Positions 1 to 7,632 of a DNA stretch of 64,000 nucleotides are shown here, in pieces; position 1 is the stretch's first letter; each line of letters begins with the position of its first letter. The notes beneath the pieces were generated by a model. That model did not search any database. It worked only from the letters and a program-made list of their open reading frames with translations, and was not told where the DNA came from. A program made the position numbers and the translations under genes. The stretch covers positions 682,001-746,000 of the forward strand of contig CP060759.1 in NCBI GenBank assembly GCA_023205875.1. Direction: 5' to 3'. The stretch comes from Chloropicon primus. Lineage: Eukaryota.

Positions 1-2472
1 AGACTGCAATTGCATGTGAAGCTTCCTGAACAAATCGCAAGACCCGCCTTGGAGACCGTCCACAGAGAACTGGTGTACTCGGAAGGCGAATTTGAACGTC
101 TTCAGCATGTTCAGCTTATCCTCTGCCAAATGACACAACGTGGTCTTCATCGCGGCATTGGCAAGGGAGAGAGATTCATTCTTCACGCTCCCAATGAGAG
201 AATCGACTTCCAAGTTGATCTTGAATTTGGAAAACTTCTCCTGGAACGACTTGCTCTCACACATGATTCTTTCCACCCTCGGCTGTATTTTGTCCATCTC
301 GCTGATTGCTGTGACCACCAGATCTGTTGCCTGAAATTTGTCGAAGCCCACAAGGACGGAATCTTCCGCCTTGTTGGCCTTCCAGGTCTTCAAATTACGG
401 ACCATCCTCTTCAGCTCGTGAACGAGGGCGCTTGATTCTCTGAGAGCGTCCATCTTTGCCTGTGGCCATTTGAAGTACTTGAGAACTTGATTCTCATCAG
501 AAAGTCCATGAAGCTTGGTCTCCATGTCCTCGACAAAGGTCAGTAAGGAGTCCACAGACCCGCTGAAGCCCCTTATGTCGGCAGCAAGGCTCTTCAGCAT
601 ATCCCCGTGCTCCGCCACGTCCTCTTTGATCTGGGCAATGTGCTTGCTCTTGCTCTCCAATTCAAACTTGACGTCGCTCGGATCACTCTTTGGCCTGTCG
701 CCCCCTTTGGAGGTTCCTGGAGGCTTGTTCAGCACTGTCTTCCTCTCGCTCCTCATCTGATCCCGCATGGTCGCTTGGAACATCTTGACGATCTCTTTGC
801 TTTTCCTTTTGAACATGTTCTCCACTGTACTTGGTCCACCCGTCCTTTTCGTGCCCGCCTTTCCAGGGGGGGGTGGGGGAGGCAGCGCCCCCTTGGGCAT
901 CGGCGGTGGCGGCGGTGGTGGTGGCGCCACCGAGCCTCCACCACCTCTGGGTGCAGGCGGAGGAGGCGGTGGTAGTGCAGACGCAACACCGCTGCCGCTG
1001 GGTTTTGCAGGTAGTGGCGGTGGCGGCGGTGGTGGTGGTGGTGGAGCGGCAACAGCGGTGCTCTCGGCAACCGCTGGTGGCACCCCCACTTGTTGCGTTG
1101 GCTGCCTCCGCTGCAACGGGAAAGCCAGTGATCTCACGGGTGTCCGCATATTCACATTTTCCTTCCCCATTTCCATTTCCACCACCGCACCATGTTCCAC
1201 CCAAGGCCCTTCCTCGTGCGACGCGGCAAGGGCGTTCGAGGATCTTTCCTGAGAGGATCGCATTTCAGACTCCAGTTCTTCCATTCTTTGGAGGTTCAAT
1301 GCAACTTTTGCTTTTGCTCTTCTGACGGCAGACCTCGAGGCGTGCTTCAGCGGAGGAATCACAGGTGGCAGCTCCACAGCGACTTCACTCTTGGACACCG
1401 ATCGCGGCAGTTTCACTTTCTTCGAGTTTGTGATGTTCTGCAAGACATTGGGTTTTTGTGAAGGGCCTCTCTTGGCTCTTGGTTTGGGAGACGCTTGAGA
1501 GGCGAGCGAAGTCCCTGTTCTCGAGACCTGCTTCAAGCTCTCGCTGCCACTTTGGGGGGCCGCGGCCGCGTTCAGTTTGGATTTCGTTCTGATCCCTTCG
1601 CTCTCCTCAAAAGACGAGGCCTCGCTGCCTGACTGAAGTCTGGCAATCGAAACGTGCGCACAAGGGGTGGAGACCGAGTCGCCCGGCGATTCCGTGATCT
1701 GCGACGACCCTGAGTCCTCCGTGGCATCGTCGCCCCCTCCCACTGCAGTCGCTCTGCTTTCGGTGCACCGACCCGGCAGCGCCCCGGCCGTCGGCAAGCT
1801 TGAGCTGACCTCGCACCTCGCTCGCTCCACTTGCTCTTCTCGGACGGGGCTCCCAATCGCTCTCGTCGCCCTTTTGGGAACGTTGAACTGCGGGTACAAG
1901 CTCTTGTCCAGCGTGATGCTGACGTTGACTTCCCTGAGCAGGGTTCCGAGGTCCTTGGAGAGCAGCACTCTGGCGAGACTGCCGTCGAAGGCCTTGAGCT
2001 TCTTCCTCGTGGCCACGTACGAGTAGATGATGCACCTCGAGAGGAGCTCGTACTGTGATCGCTCGGTGAACAGAATCCTCAGGCGCTTTATGCACAGGCT
2101 CCTCTTGTCCGAGTAATAGTGGACGCACAGCATGCTGCTGGCGTCCGGGCCGACCCCCGGCGGCGCGTTGTGCCTCCCCAGTCGCTCGGCCCCCTCCAGG
2201 CAAAGGACGGAGTGCATCGGGATGCTCTTCACCTTGTGATACATTATGCGCATCCCGGGCCTCCTCCAGCACAGCGTAGAGAGCATGGCCCCCGATCGAG
2301 TGGCGCCGAACCCGAAGCTCCGATCGCCCTCGTCGTGAAACCTCATGTTGAACACTCTGTGCTCCGCCCGCTCCTCCTTCTTGCTATACTTGAGCAACCG
2401 AGCCCCGTCCTGAAGCGCGTCGAACGCCTTGGCGTACTCCAGCGGCGTGAACAGCGACGCCATCCCCTCCAT
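1..2472 (-). CDS. CHUP1-like protein (possible N-terminal PH-like domain, polyproline tract, CHUP1-type C-terminal domain); 3'-partial
   Basis: Hand-translated from ATG 2472 (MEGMASLFTPLEYAKAFDALQDGARLLKYSKK...) to the window edge. It is absent from the ORF track because no stop falls in the window. It has PPPP tracts (~870-1045), then ELESKSKHIAQIKEDV...LSDENQVLKYFKWPQAKMDALRE and FKFAFRVHQF, which resemble the CHUP1 C-terminus. Confidence 0.75.
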   Translation of the reverse strand, partial: MEGMASLFTPLEYAKAFDALQDGARLLKYSKKEERAEHRVFNMRFHDEGDRSFGFGATRSGAMLSTLCWRRPGMRIMYHKVKSIPMHSVLCLEGAERLGRHNAPPGVGPDASSMLCVHYYSDKRSLCIKRLRILFTERSQYELLSRCIIYSYVATRKKLKAFDGSLARVLLSKDLGTLLREVNVSITLDKSLYPQFNVPKRATRAIGSPVREEQVERARCEVSSSLPTAGALPGRCTESRATAVGGGDDATEDSGSSQITESPGDSVSTPCAHVSIARLQSGSEASSFEESEGIRTKSKLNAAAAPQSGSESLKQVSRTGTSLASQASPKPRAKRGPSQKPNVLQNITNSKKVKLPRSVSKSEVAVELPPVIPPLKHASRSAVRRAKAKVALNLQRMEELESEMRSSQERSSNALAASHEEGPWVEHGAVVEMEMGKENVNMRTPVRSLAFPLQRRQPTQQVGVPPAVAESTAVAAPPPPPPPPPPLPAKPSGSGVASALPPPPPPAPRGGGGSVAPPPPPPPPMPKGALPPPPPPGKAGTKRTGGPSTVENMFKRKSKEIVKMFQATMRDQMRSERKTVLNKPPGTSKGGDRPKSDPSDVKFELESKSKHIAQIKEDVAEHGDMLKSLAADIRGFSGSVDSLLTFVEDMETKLHGLSDENQVLKYFKWPQAKMDALRESSALVHELKRMVRNLKTWKANKAEDSVLVGFDKFQATDLVVTAISEMDKIQPRVERIMCESKSFQEKFSKFKINLEVDSLIGSVKNESLSLANAAMKTTLCHLAEDKLNMLKTFKFAFRVHQFSVDGLQGGSCDLFRKLHMQLQS

Positions 2473-3050
2473 CGCGATACCGATCGCTCGAATCGATCCT
2501 GTTGCTCTCTCGCTCGTTTGGTCGTCGTCAACGGAAAGGTCGAGAGATCCTGCCTCCCGCCTTCCCCCCAAGCACGCACAGACGCACACGCACGCACACA
2601 CACAGAGAGAGAAGGCGAAAGCGAAAGAGAGAGAGAGAGAGAGAGAGAGGACTCACTCGCTCACTCGCACACACTCTGCTTCGAGTAATGGATGGTGTGA
2701 CCTGTCCCACGACGCAACCCCCACACAAATCGAGGGAGGCGCGCTTCAATCGTAAGGGCCTCGAGCTCTCCAGCAACCTTCCCCTCGCACCGAACCAAAC
2801 CCAAACGTAACCTCGAAATGCCTCGTGGTCGTACGTAACGAGCGACGAACTCGATCGTTGCACCTTCCTCTTCCGATCGTTGCAGGTTTTTCCTGCGACG
2901 AAGTCACAACGGCTTGATCGTCCCAAATCGAAAATTGTTTCAGGCGTTACATCGGGGACGGCGAGCGTTACTTTTGGTTGAAGTGGCGCGCGGCGCGGGG
3001 GTTGAGTTCGAGAAGCTGCGAGTGTGGTTGCGACGAGGGAGAAGGAAGCC

Positions 3051-3518
3051 ATGGCCGGAGACACGCTGACGACAAAAGCGGAGGGGGAGGAGGTTGCAGT
3101 GAAGTACTGCACGAACCTTAGGGCGAGCGTGGAGACGGACGTGAACGCGGCGCCCCGTGCTTTTGTTCACTCGAGGGAGTGGAAGAAGATCATGGCGGGC
3201 GACCCCGTGGAGATCAACCCCTCGGTCGGCCACGGCATGAAGATCATGACGGTCGCCGAGTGGGCGGGAAGGTGGAAGCGCAACGACGACTTCCCGGACT
3301 GCCTCGCCTGCGGCAGCCTGAACACGAGGGAGCACCACTTCATTCAGACGTGGTGCCGCGGGAACAGGAAGTGGGAGAGCGAGACGTTGTGCCTCGACTG
3401 CCACAACTACTCGTGGAGGTCGTACTGCGACCCGGAGTTCACGACGCCGTCCGAGCACGAGAAGGAGAGGTGGAACAAGATGCTCGAGGGGAACTCGGCG
3501 CTCGGCGTGGAGAACTGA
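3051..3518 (+). CDS. Uncharacterised 155-aa protein with CxxC...CxxC Zn-ribbon-like motifs
   Basis: First ATG at 3051; GC3-rich coding-like codons; CLAC and CLDC motifs. Confidence 0.7.
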   Translation: MAGDTLTTKAEGEEVAVKYCTNLRASVETDVNAAPRAFVHSREWKKIMAGDPVEINPSVGHGMKIMTVAEWAGRWKRNDDFPDCLACGSLNTREHHFIQTWCRGNRKWESETLCLDCHNYSWRSYCDPEFTTPSEHEKERWNKMLEGNSALGVEN

Positions 3519-3632
3519 AGAGGGCAAAACAAGGGCATCGCTGTCGAGGGGGTAAAAGGACCTCTTCCCTAAACTTTGCAAAGAACGATCTTACACGCAC
3601 ACACACACACACACTATCTTACTCCCTCCTGC

Positions 3633-5513
3633 CTAGTAATTCACGTCCATGTTCCTGCGGTGGGGCGGCACGTAGGCCAGGCCCAGGGCTTTGAAGACGT
3701 CCTCCTCCGTCTCGCAGTGGATGCAGTCCGCCCAGCTCGCGGCCTCCCACAGGACGTCTCTCTTCAACTGGCCCCCCTCGCTCTCCTCTCGGCGGACGGG
3801 CACCAGGGCCGTGTCCGTGAGCTTCACGGAGTTTGGCCTCTCTTGAGTGCTTTCCCTGTAAATCTCCTTCTGCTGATCGTCTCGCGATCTCTTCTTCGAG
3901 AGCCACGACCGCACGACGGGCTCGGTGGGGGCCTTCATGCGCTCATCAAGTGCTTTTTGAATCCCTTCCCGGTTTCCGATGGGCCAAAACCTCATGGCTC
4001 GGTTGAATTCCGCGGACCCGGTGTTGTGAAGCAACGCAAAGGCGCGAGAGATCTTGTGGTACAGCTTGAAGTCTGCCCGGCAAACCTGCCCACTCCCTGG
4101 CAACCGAATGATGCCCATGACCATGCAAGATGCGAGGACTGCGCCGTCTTTCCCGTGCTTGAATTTGTTCTCAGAACCCGTCTGAAGGAAGTCCAAGAGA
4201 AATCCAGAGTCTTGCAGCGCCTTGACAATCTTTTTCATCACTCGTCCAAGATCCTCGTTCCCGGAGATGACGAGGAAGTCCACGTCGTGCGTGCTCGGCT
4301 TTCCTCGCCTGTAGGAACCCGCCAGGATCACCTCGAGGTCCTCCGCAAGCGGTTCTGTTGCAGCCTTGAAGGCACGGTGCGCACTCTCCATCGACTCCCT
4401 TGAGACGGGCTTCTGGAGCGACTCATAATATTTCAGGCCGAGTCCAATCATCTGACCCGGCTCCCCATTCTCCGAATAAAACTTGCGCACGTCGTCGATT
4501 GTCCTCAAGCCATTCTCGTACCAACGCAAGGACATTTTCTCCCCACAGCCCCATACAGCACGAAACGTCTTTATCACCACGTAATCTGGGTCACCTTCCG
4601 CGAGCACCACCCTCGGCAGTCGATAATCCGGCGAGGCTAAGATGTCTGCAATTTTCTGGGCGGTTTTGGGTCCCACGCCACGTTCCATCCGGCCGCCGTG
4701 GGCCTTGGATAGAATCTCGGAAGCATCTTTGATCTGTCTCTGTTCGCCATACGGAGGCGTTGATAAGATTGCAATGGCGGTCCTTGTCGCTTTCGCACCG
4801 AAGCCGCTAACTTTGTTCCCGTGACAATCTCGACGCTGGTCTATCTGATACACCTCAAGGAGCCTCTTCAGTTCACTCACCACATACTGATTCGTAGGTA
4901 TTTCACCATCTCCATCTTTCGCAGCACCGTTCTCCTGGAGAACGCTGACCGCCTCCAGTTTCTCAAAGTCCTTGAAGTGCAGCCAATTGAATCGAAGCCT
5001 TCGCAAGGTGTCTTGGACAGCAAGCTCCTCCTCGTCCTCCTCATAAGGCAAGGACAAGTCAAGCGTGTTGTCCAGAGCCGCCTGCGACCAAGCGGAGTAC
5101 TGGGAGTTGCTCAGGCTCCGTGGAAGGCTGGAGGAAGCCGCTTCCTCCCCCTCCTGCTGGGGGACCTCGACGACGAACCAGTCAGGGTCCACGAGCTTGT
5201 TCTCCTTTATACAAGCCGTCAGCCACTGAGACTTCACGAATTTGACATGACCCTTGAGAGCCCTGACGTCGATGTCCTTCCTCTTGGACAGTTCCTCGAA
5301 CACTTCCTCGCCCGCTCCCGCACCACACACCGCATACTGTGAGGCTTCCGAGAGCTTGTAATCAGCCTGCAGACTCGCTCCTCGCATCTTCAAGAGATCC
5401 TTCAGCCGCTTGGTGTGCCAAGTGTAAAGGAAGCAGAAGGTAATCCCCTTGAAGATTTTCTTCTCTTCCTTCTGTTCCTTCATCGCGACATACTTCACGA
5501 CACGTTTGCCCAA
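3633..5513 (-). CDS. DNA polymerase X family (Pol lambda-like) with N-terminal BRCT domain
   Basis: BRCT-like start (FKGITFCF...KSQWLTACIKENKLV), HhH motifs (GVGPKTA, VWGCG), catalytic GSYRRGKPSTHDVDFLV, RADF, TGS, and C-terminal ETEEDVFKALGLAYVPPHRR. First in-frame ATG is at 5483; the true start is uncertain. Confidence 0.92.
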   Translation of the reverse strand: MGKRVVKYVAMKEQKEEKKIFKGITFCFLYTWHTKRLKDLLKMRGASLQADYKLSEASQYAVCGAGAGEEVFEELSKRKDIDVRALKGHVKFVKSQWLTACIKENKLVDPDWFVVEVPQQEGEEAASSSLPRSLSNSQYSAWSQAALDNTLDLSLPYEEDEEELAVQDTLRRLRFNWLHFKDFEKLEAVSVLQENGAAKDGDGEIPTNQYVVSELKRLLEVYQIDQRRDCHGNKVSGFGAKATRTAIAILSTPPYGEQRQIKDASEILSKAHGGRMERGVGPKTAQKIADILASPDYRLPRVVLAEGDPDYVVIKTFRAVWGCGEKMSLRWYENGLRTIDDVRKFYSENGEPGQMIGLGLKYYESLQKPVSRESMESAHRAFKAATEPLAEDLEVILAGSYRRGKPSTHDVDFLVISGNEDLGRVMKKIVKALQDSGFLLDFLQTGSENKFKHGKDGAVLASCMVMGIIRLPGSGQVCRADFKLYHKISRAFALLHNTGSAEFNRAMRFWPIGNREGIQKALDERMKAPTEPVVRSWLSKKRSRDDQQKEIYRESTQERPNSVKLTDTALVPVRREESEGGQLKRDVLWEAASWADCIHCETEEDVFKALGLAYVPPHRRNMDVNY

Positions 5514-6146
5514 GTCCCGAGTCTAATCCAGCAGCAAATCGGAGCTGAGGACGTGAGAGCGCACTGTTTTTCGAGGTTTCGAGCCAAGAGGGGCGCCACC
5601 CCTCACCACGAGGCGACGACGGAGACGTTCTTCACCTCTTGGATGATCCTCCGCTCCTACGCCACCCCTCGGGACCCGAGACTCCGTCCAGCAGCAGCAG
5701 CATGAGCAGCCAGATGGGTGCCCCTAAGGGAATTCATTTAGGCGACGGCTTCTTGAGGGGAAGGGACCAAAGGAGAGGAGGAGAGCCATGTCCGAGAGGG
5801 ACTAGAGGCAAGGAGAGGTTGGAACCCGAGAAGAATTCGGACGAGTCGGTATTCGGGAGTCTTTATCCATCTTTACGGAGAGTCTTGAGGTTGTGGCAGG
5901 AGCTTTGGAGGATTGTGTTTCCTCTAGTTCCTTGAGAGAGAGAGAGAGAGAGAGAGACATTAGACAGGACAGTAGTAGTCCTCGAGGGGACAGACAGAGA
6001 GAGAGAGAGAGGCAGGGTCGGTTATTGCTTTAGGGGTCTGTTTCGGGGCAGGTGGGGTATTTGGTTGCCTGCTCCTGAGGGGCGTTTCATGCTTCTGTAG
6101 GCACGCACAGAAGCCATTCTTTTGTGGAAGAGTTTGGAGGTAGACA

Positions 6147-7202
6147 ATGGACTTGAGTCCGTCAACCAACAAAGTGACCAAGGACGTGCACAGGACGTTG
6201 CCGTCCTATGACATCGAGTCGTCCCCTTCTTCGGGGCGCCGAAGCCGGACGACCTCGGAGGCGAACGGCGTGGACGAACGCCTGCTCGGACCGGCCAAGG
6301 ACAAGAAGGGGAAGAATTTACAGATAGTATTCATAGTCGTGTTCCAGCTGGCCACATCAATATCGATGACGCTGATAAACAAGGCGGCCGTCAGGGCCCT
6401 GCCGTATCCCATCACCTTGCTCCTGTTCCAGACGCTCGGGACTGTGCTGATCCTCGAGGGCGGCAAGGCCCTGCGCTTGCTCCACTACGACGGTTTCAAG
6501 TGGGAGAAGGGAGGGAAAAAGTTCTTGGGAGTCTCCATTGCGTTTGTGATCCCGATGGTGTTCAACATGATGGCGCTGGAGCACGTCTCGGTGGCGACTG
6601 TGGTCGTCTTCCGGCAGGTCTCGACGGCCTTGGTGGCCGTCGGGGAGTTTGTCCTGTTCAAGAAGAAGTTCAAGATGCTCGTGATTCTCTCCATCCTGCT
6701 TGGGATTCTGGGGAGCCTCGAGTACGGCTTCTCGGCGACGGACTTCAAGTTCCTGGGGTACCTCTACTCGTTCCTTTACGCGGTGTCCATGGCCATAAAC
6801 GCCCTGTACGTCAAGGGCATCTTCGACCAGCTGCCCCAGATGAGCAGCTGGGAGAAGACGTATTACCAGAACCTGGAGGGCTCGCCCTTCCTGCTGCTGA
6901 TGGCCCTGCCGATCGAGAGCATCTCGTCCTGCGTGTCGGACATGGCGAAGCTGAGCTACCAGAGCTGGGTGGTGATCCTGATGTCCTGCTTCGCCGGGTT
7001 CGCGGTGAGCGTGGCTGGGATCTTGGCCAGGACCGCCCTGTCCCCCACCTCGTTCAACATCCTGGGGAACATGAGCAAGCCCATGACCGTCCTGCTGAGC
7101 TTCTTCCTGTTCGGGGTCGAGTCCTCCATGAAGGCCCTTGCGGGTCTGGGGATGGTCCTCGTGGCCGGGGTCCTCTACTCGTACGCCTCCAGGAAAAAGT
7201 AA
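6147..7202 (+). CDS. Nucleotide-sugar transporter (TPT/SLC35; GDP-sugar transporter-like)
   Basis: About 10 hydrophobic segments; SMTLINK, SPTSFNILGNMSKP motif; C-terminal basic end RKK. Confidence 0.85.
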   Translation: MDLSPSTNKVTKDVHRTLPSYDIESSPSSGRRSRTTSEANGVDERLLGPAKDKKGKNLQIVFIVVFQLATSISMTLINKAAVRALPYPITLLLFQTLGTVLILEGGKALRLLHYDGFKWEKGGKKFLGVSIAFVIPMVFNMMALEHVSVATVVVFRQVSTALVAVGEFVLFKKKFKMLVILSILLGILGSLEYGFSATDFKFLGYLYSFLYAVSMAINALYVKGIFDQLPQMSSWEKTYYQNLEGSPFLLLMALPIESISSCVSDMAKLSYQSWVVILMSCFAGFAVSVAGILARTALSPTSFNILGNMSKPMTVLLSFFLFGVESSMKALAGLGMVLVAGVLYSYASRKK

Positions 7203-7295
7203 GGGGCAAGGACAAGGACAAGGAAAGGGTCGCCTTCCTTCCTTCTTGCGAGCGATTGATGATGCTCTACAGCGTAAGCGTAAGCGTGTGATATA

Positions 7296-7300
7296 TTACA
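7296..7300 (-). promoter_or_regulatory. Putative TGTAA polyadenylation signal for the Fanzor transcript
   Basis: TTACA on + (TGTAA on -). The same pentamer follows several host stops in this window (e.g. ~42438, ~58078, ~62659). UGUAA is the known chlorophyte poly(A) signal. Confidence 0.4.
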
Positions 7301-7479
7301 TGAAAGAGCAATGATTTGGAGGCGGGAGGATCCAAGAGCCGGTTCCTATCCGTCCTGGCTGTCAAGCAATAAGCAGGTAAGAAAATCACAGTCAATACTG
7401 GAAGCACAAAGGCAAGTTCTCCTTTCCACTGAAAGAGAGAAACACGGAGAGAAACACGGGAGAACCGGCCACAACTTAC

Positions 7480-7632
7480 CTGTTAGTTTTCTGCAAAGGT
7501 CGTTTCACCGAGTTTGTAAGTTTCTCGGCAGGGTAATTCAGCCCTACCACGACCATTCCACCGTACATGAACGAATACTTCCGCCCACGCACGGCAGCCC
7601 GTACTAACAAACGTATGTGCAACCCTGAGGAG
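7480..7632 (-). ncRNA. Putative Fanzor omegaRNA scaffold (may extend to ~7330 and/or begin within the ORF end)
   Basis: Lies directly 3' of the Fanzor stop. Nested stems on the minus-strand RNA: UGUUAGU(7609-7603)/ACUAACA(7487-7481), GGUCGU(7554-7549)/ACGACC(7503-7498), UAGGG/CCCUG, CCGAG/CUCGG, GUACGG/CCGUGC. The U-G pairs work only on the minus strand. Confidence 0.6.

Noticed and set aside
767..1252. Gly-rich + strand ORF and the many other long overlapping or antisense ORFs (e.g. 29076-30308, 38075-39394, 59582-61069)
   Set aside because: They are antisense or alternate-frame shadows of real GC-rich genes.
2576..2650. (CA)n/(GA)n tracts here and near 5933, 12982, 39790, 40075 and 55585 as special elements
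   Set aside because: Common microsatellites in UTRs and introns throughout the window.
3633..5513. Pol X as a functional part of the Fanzor system
   Set aside because: It is an ordinary eukaryotic BRCT-Pol lambda-like gene separated by an unrelated transporter. Adjacency in a gene-dense eukaryote is not evidence of linkage.
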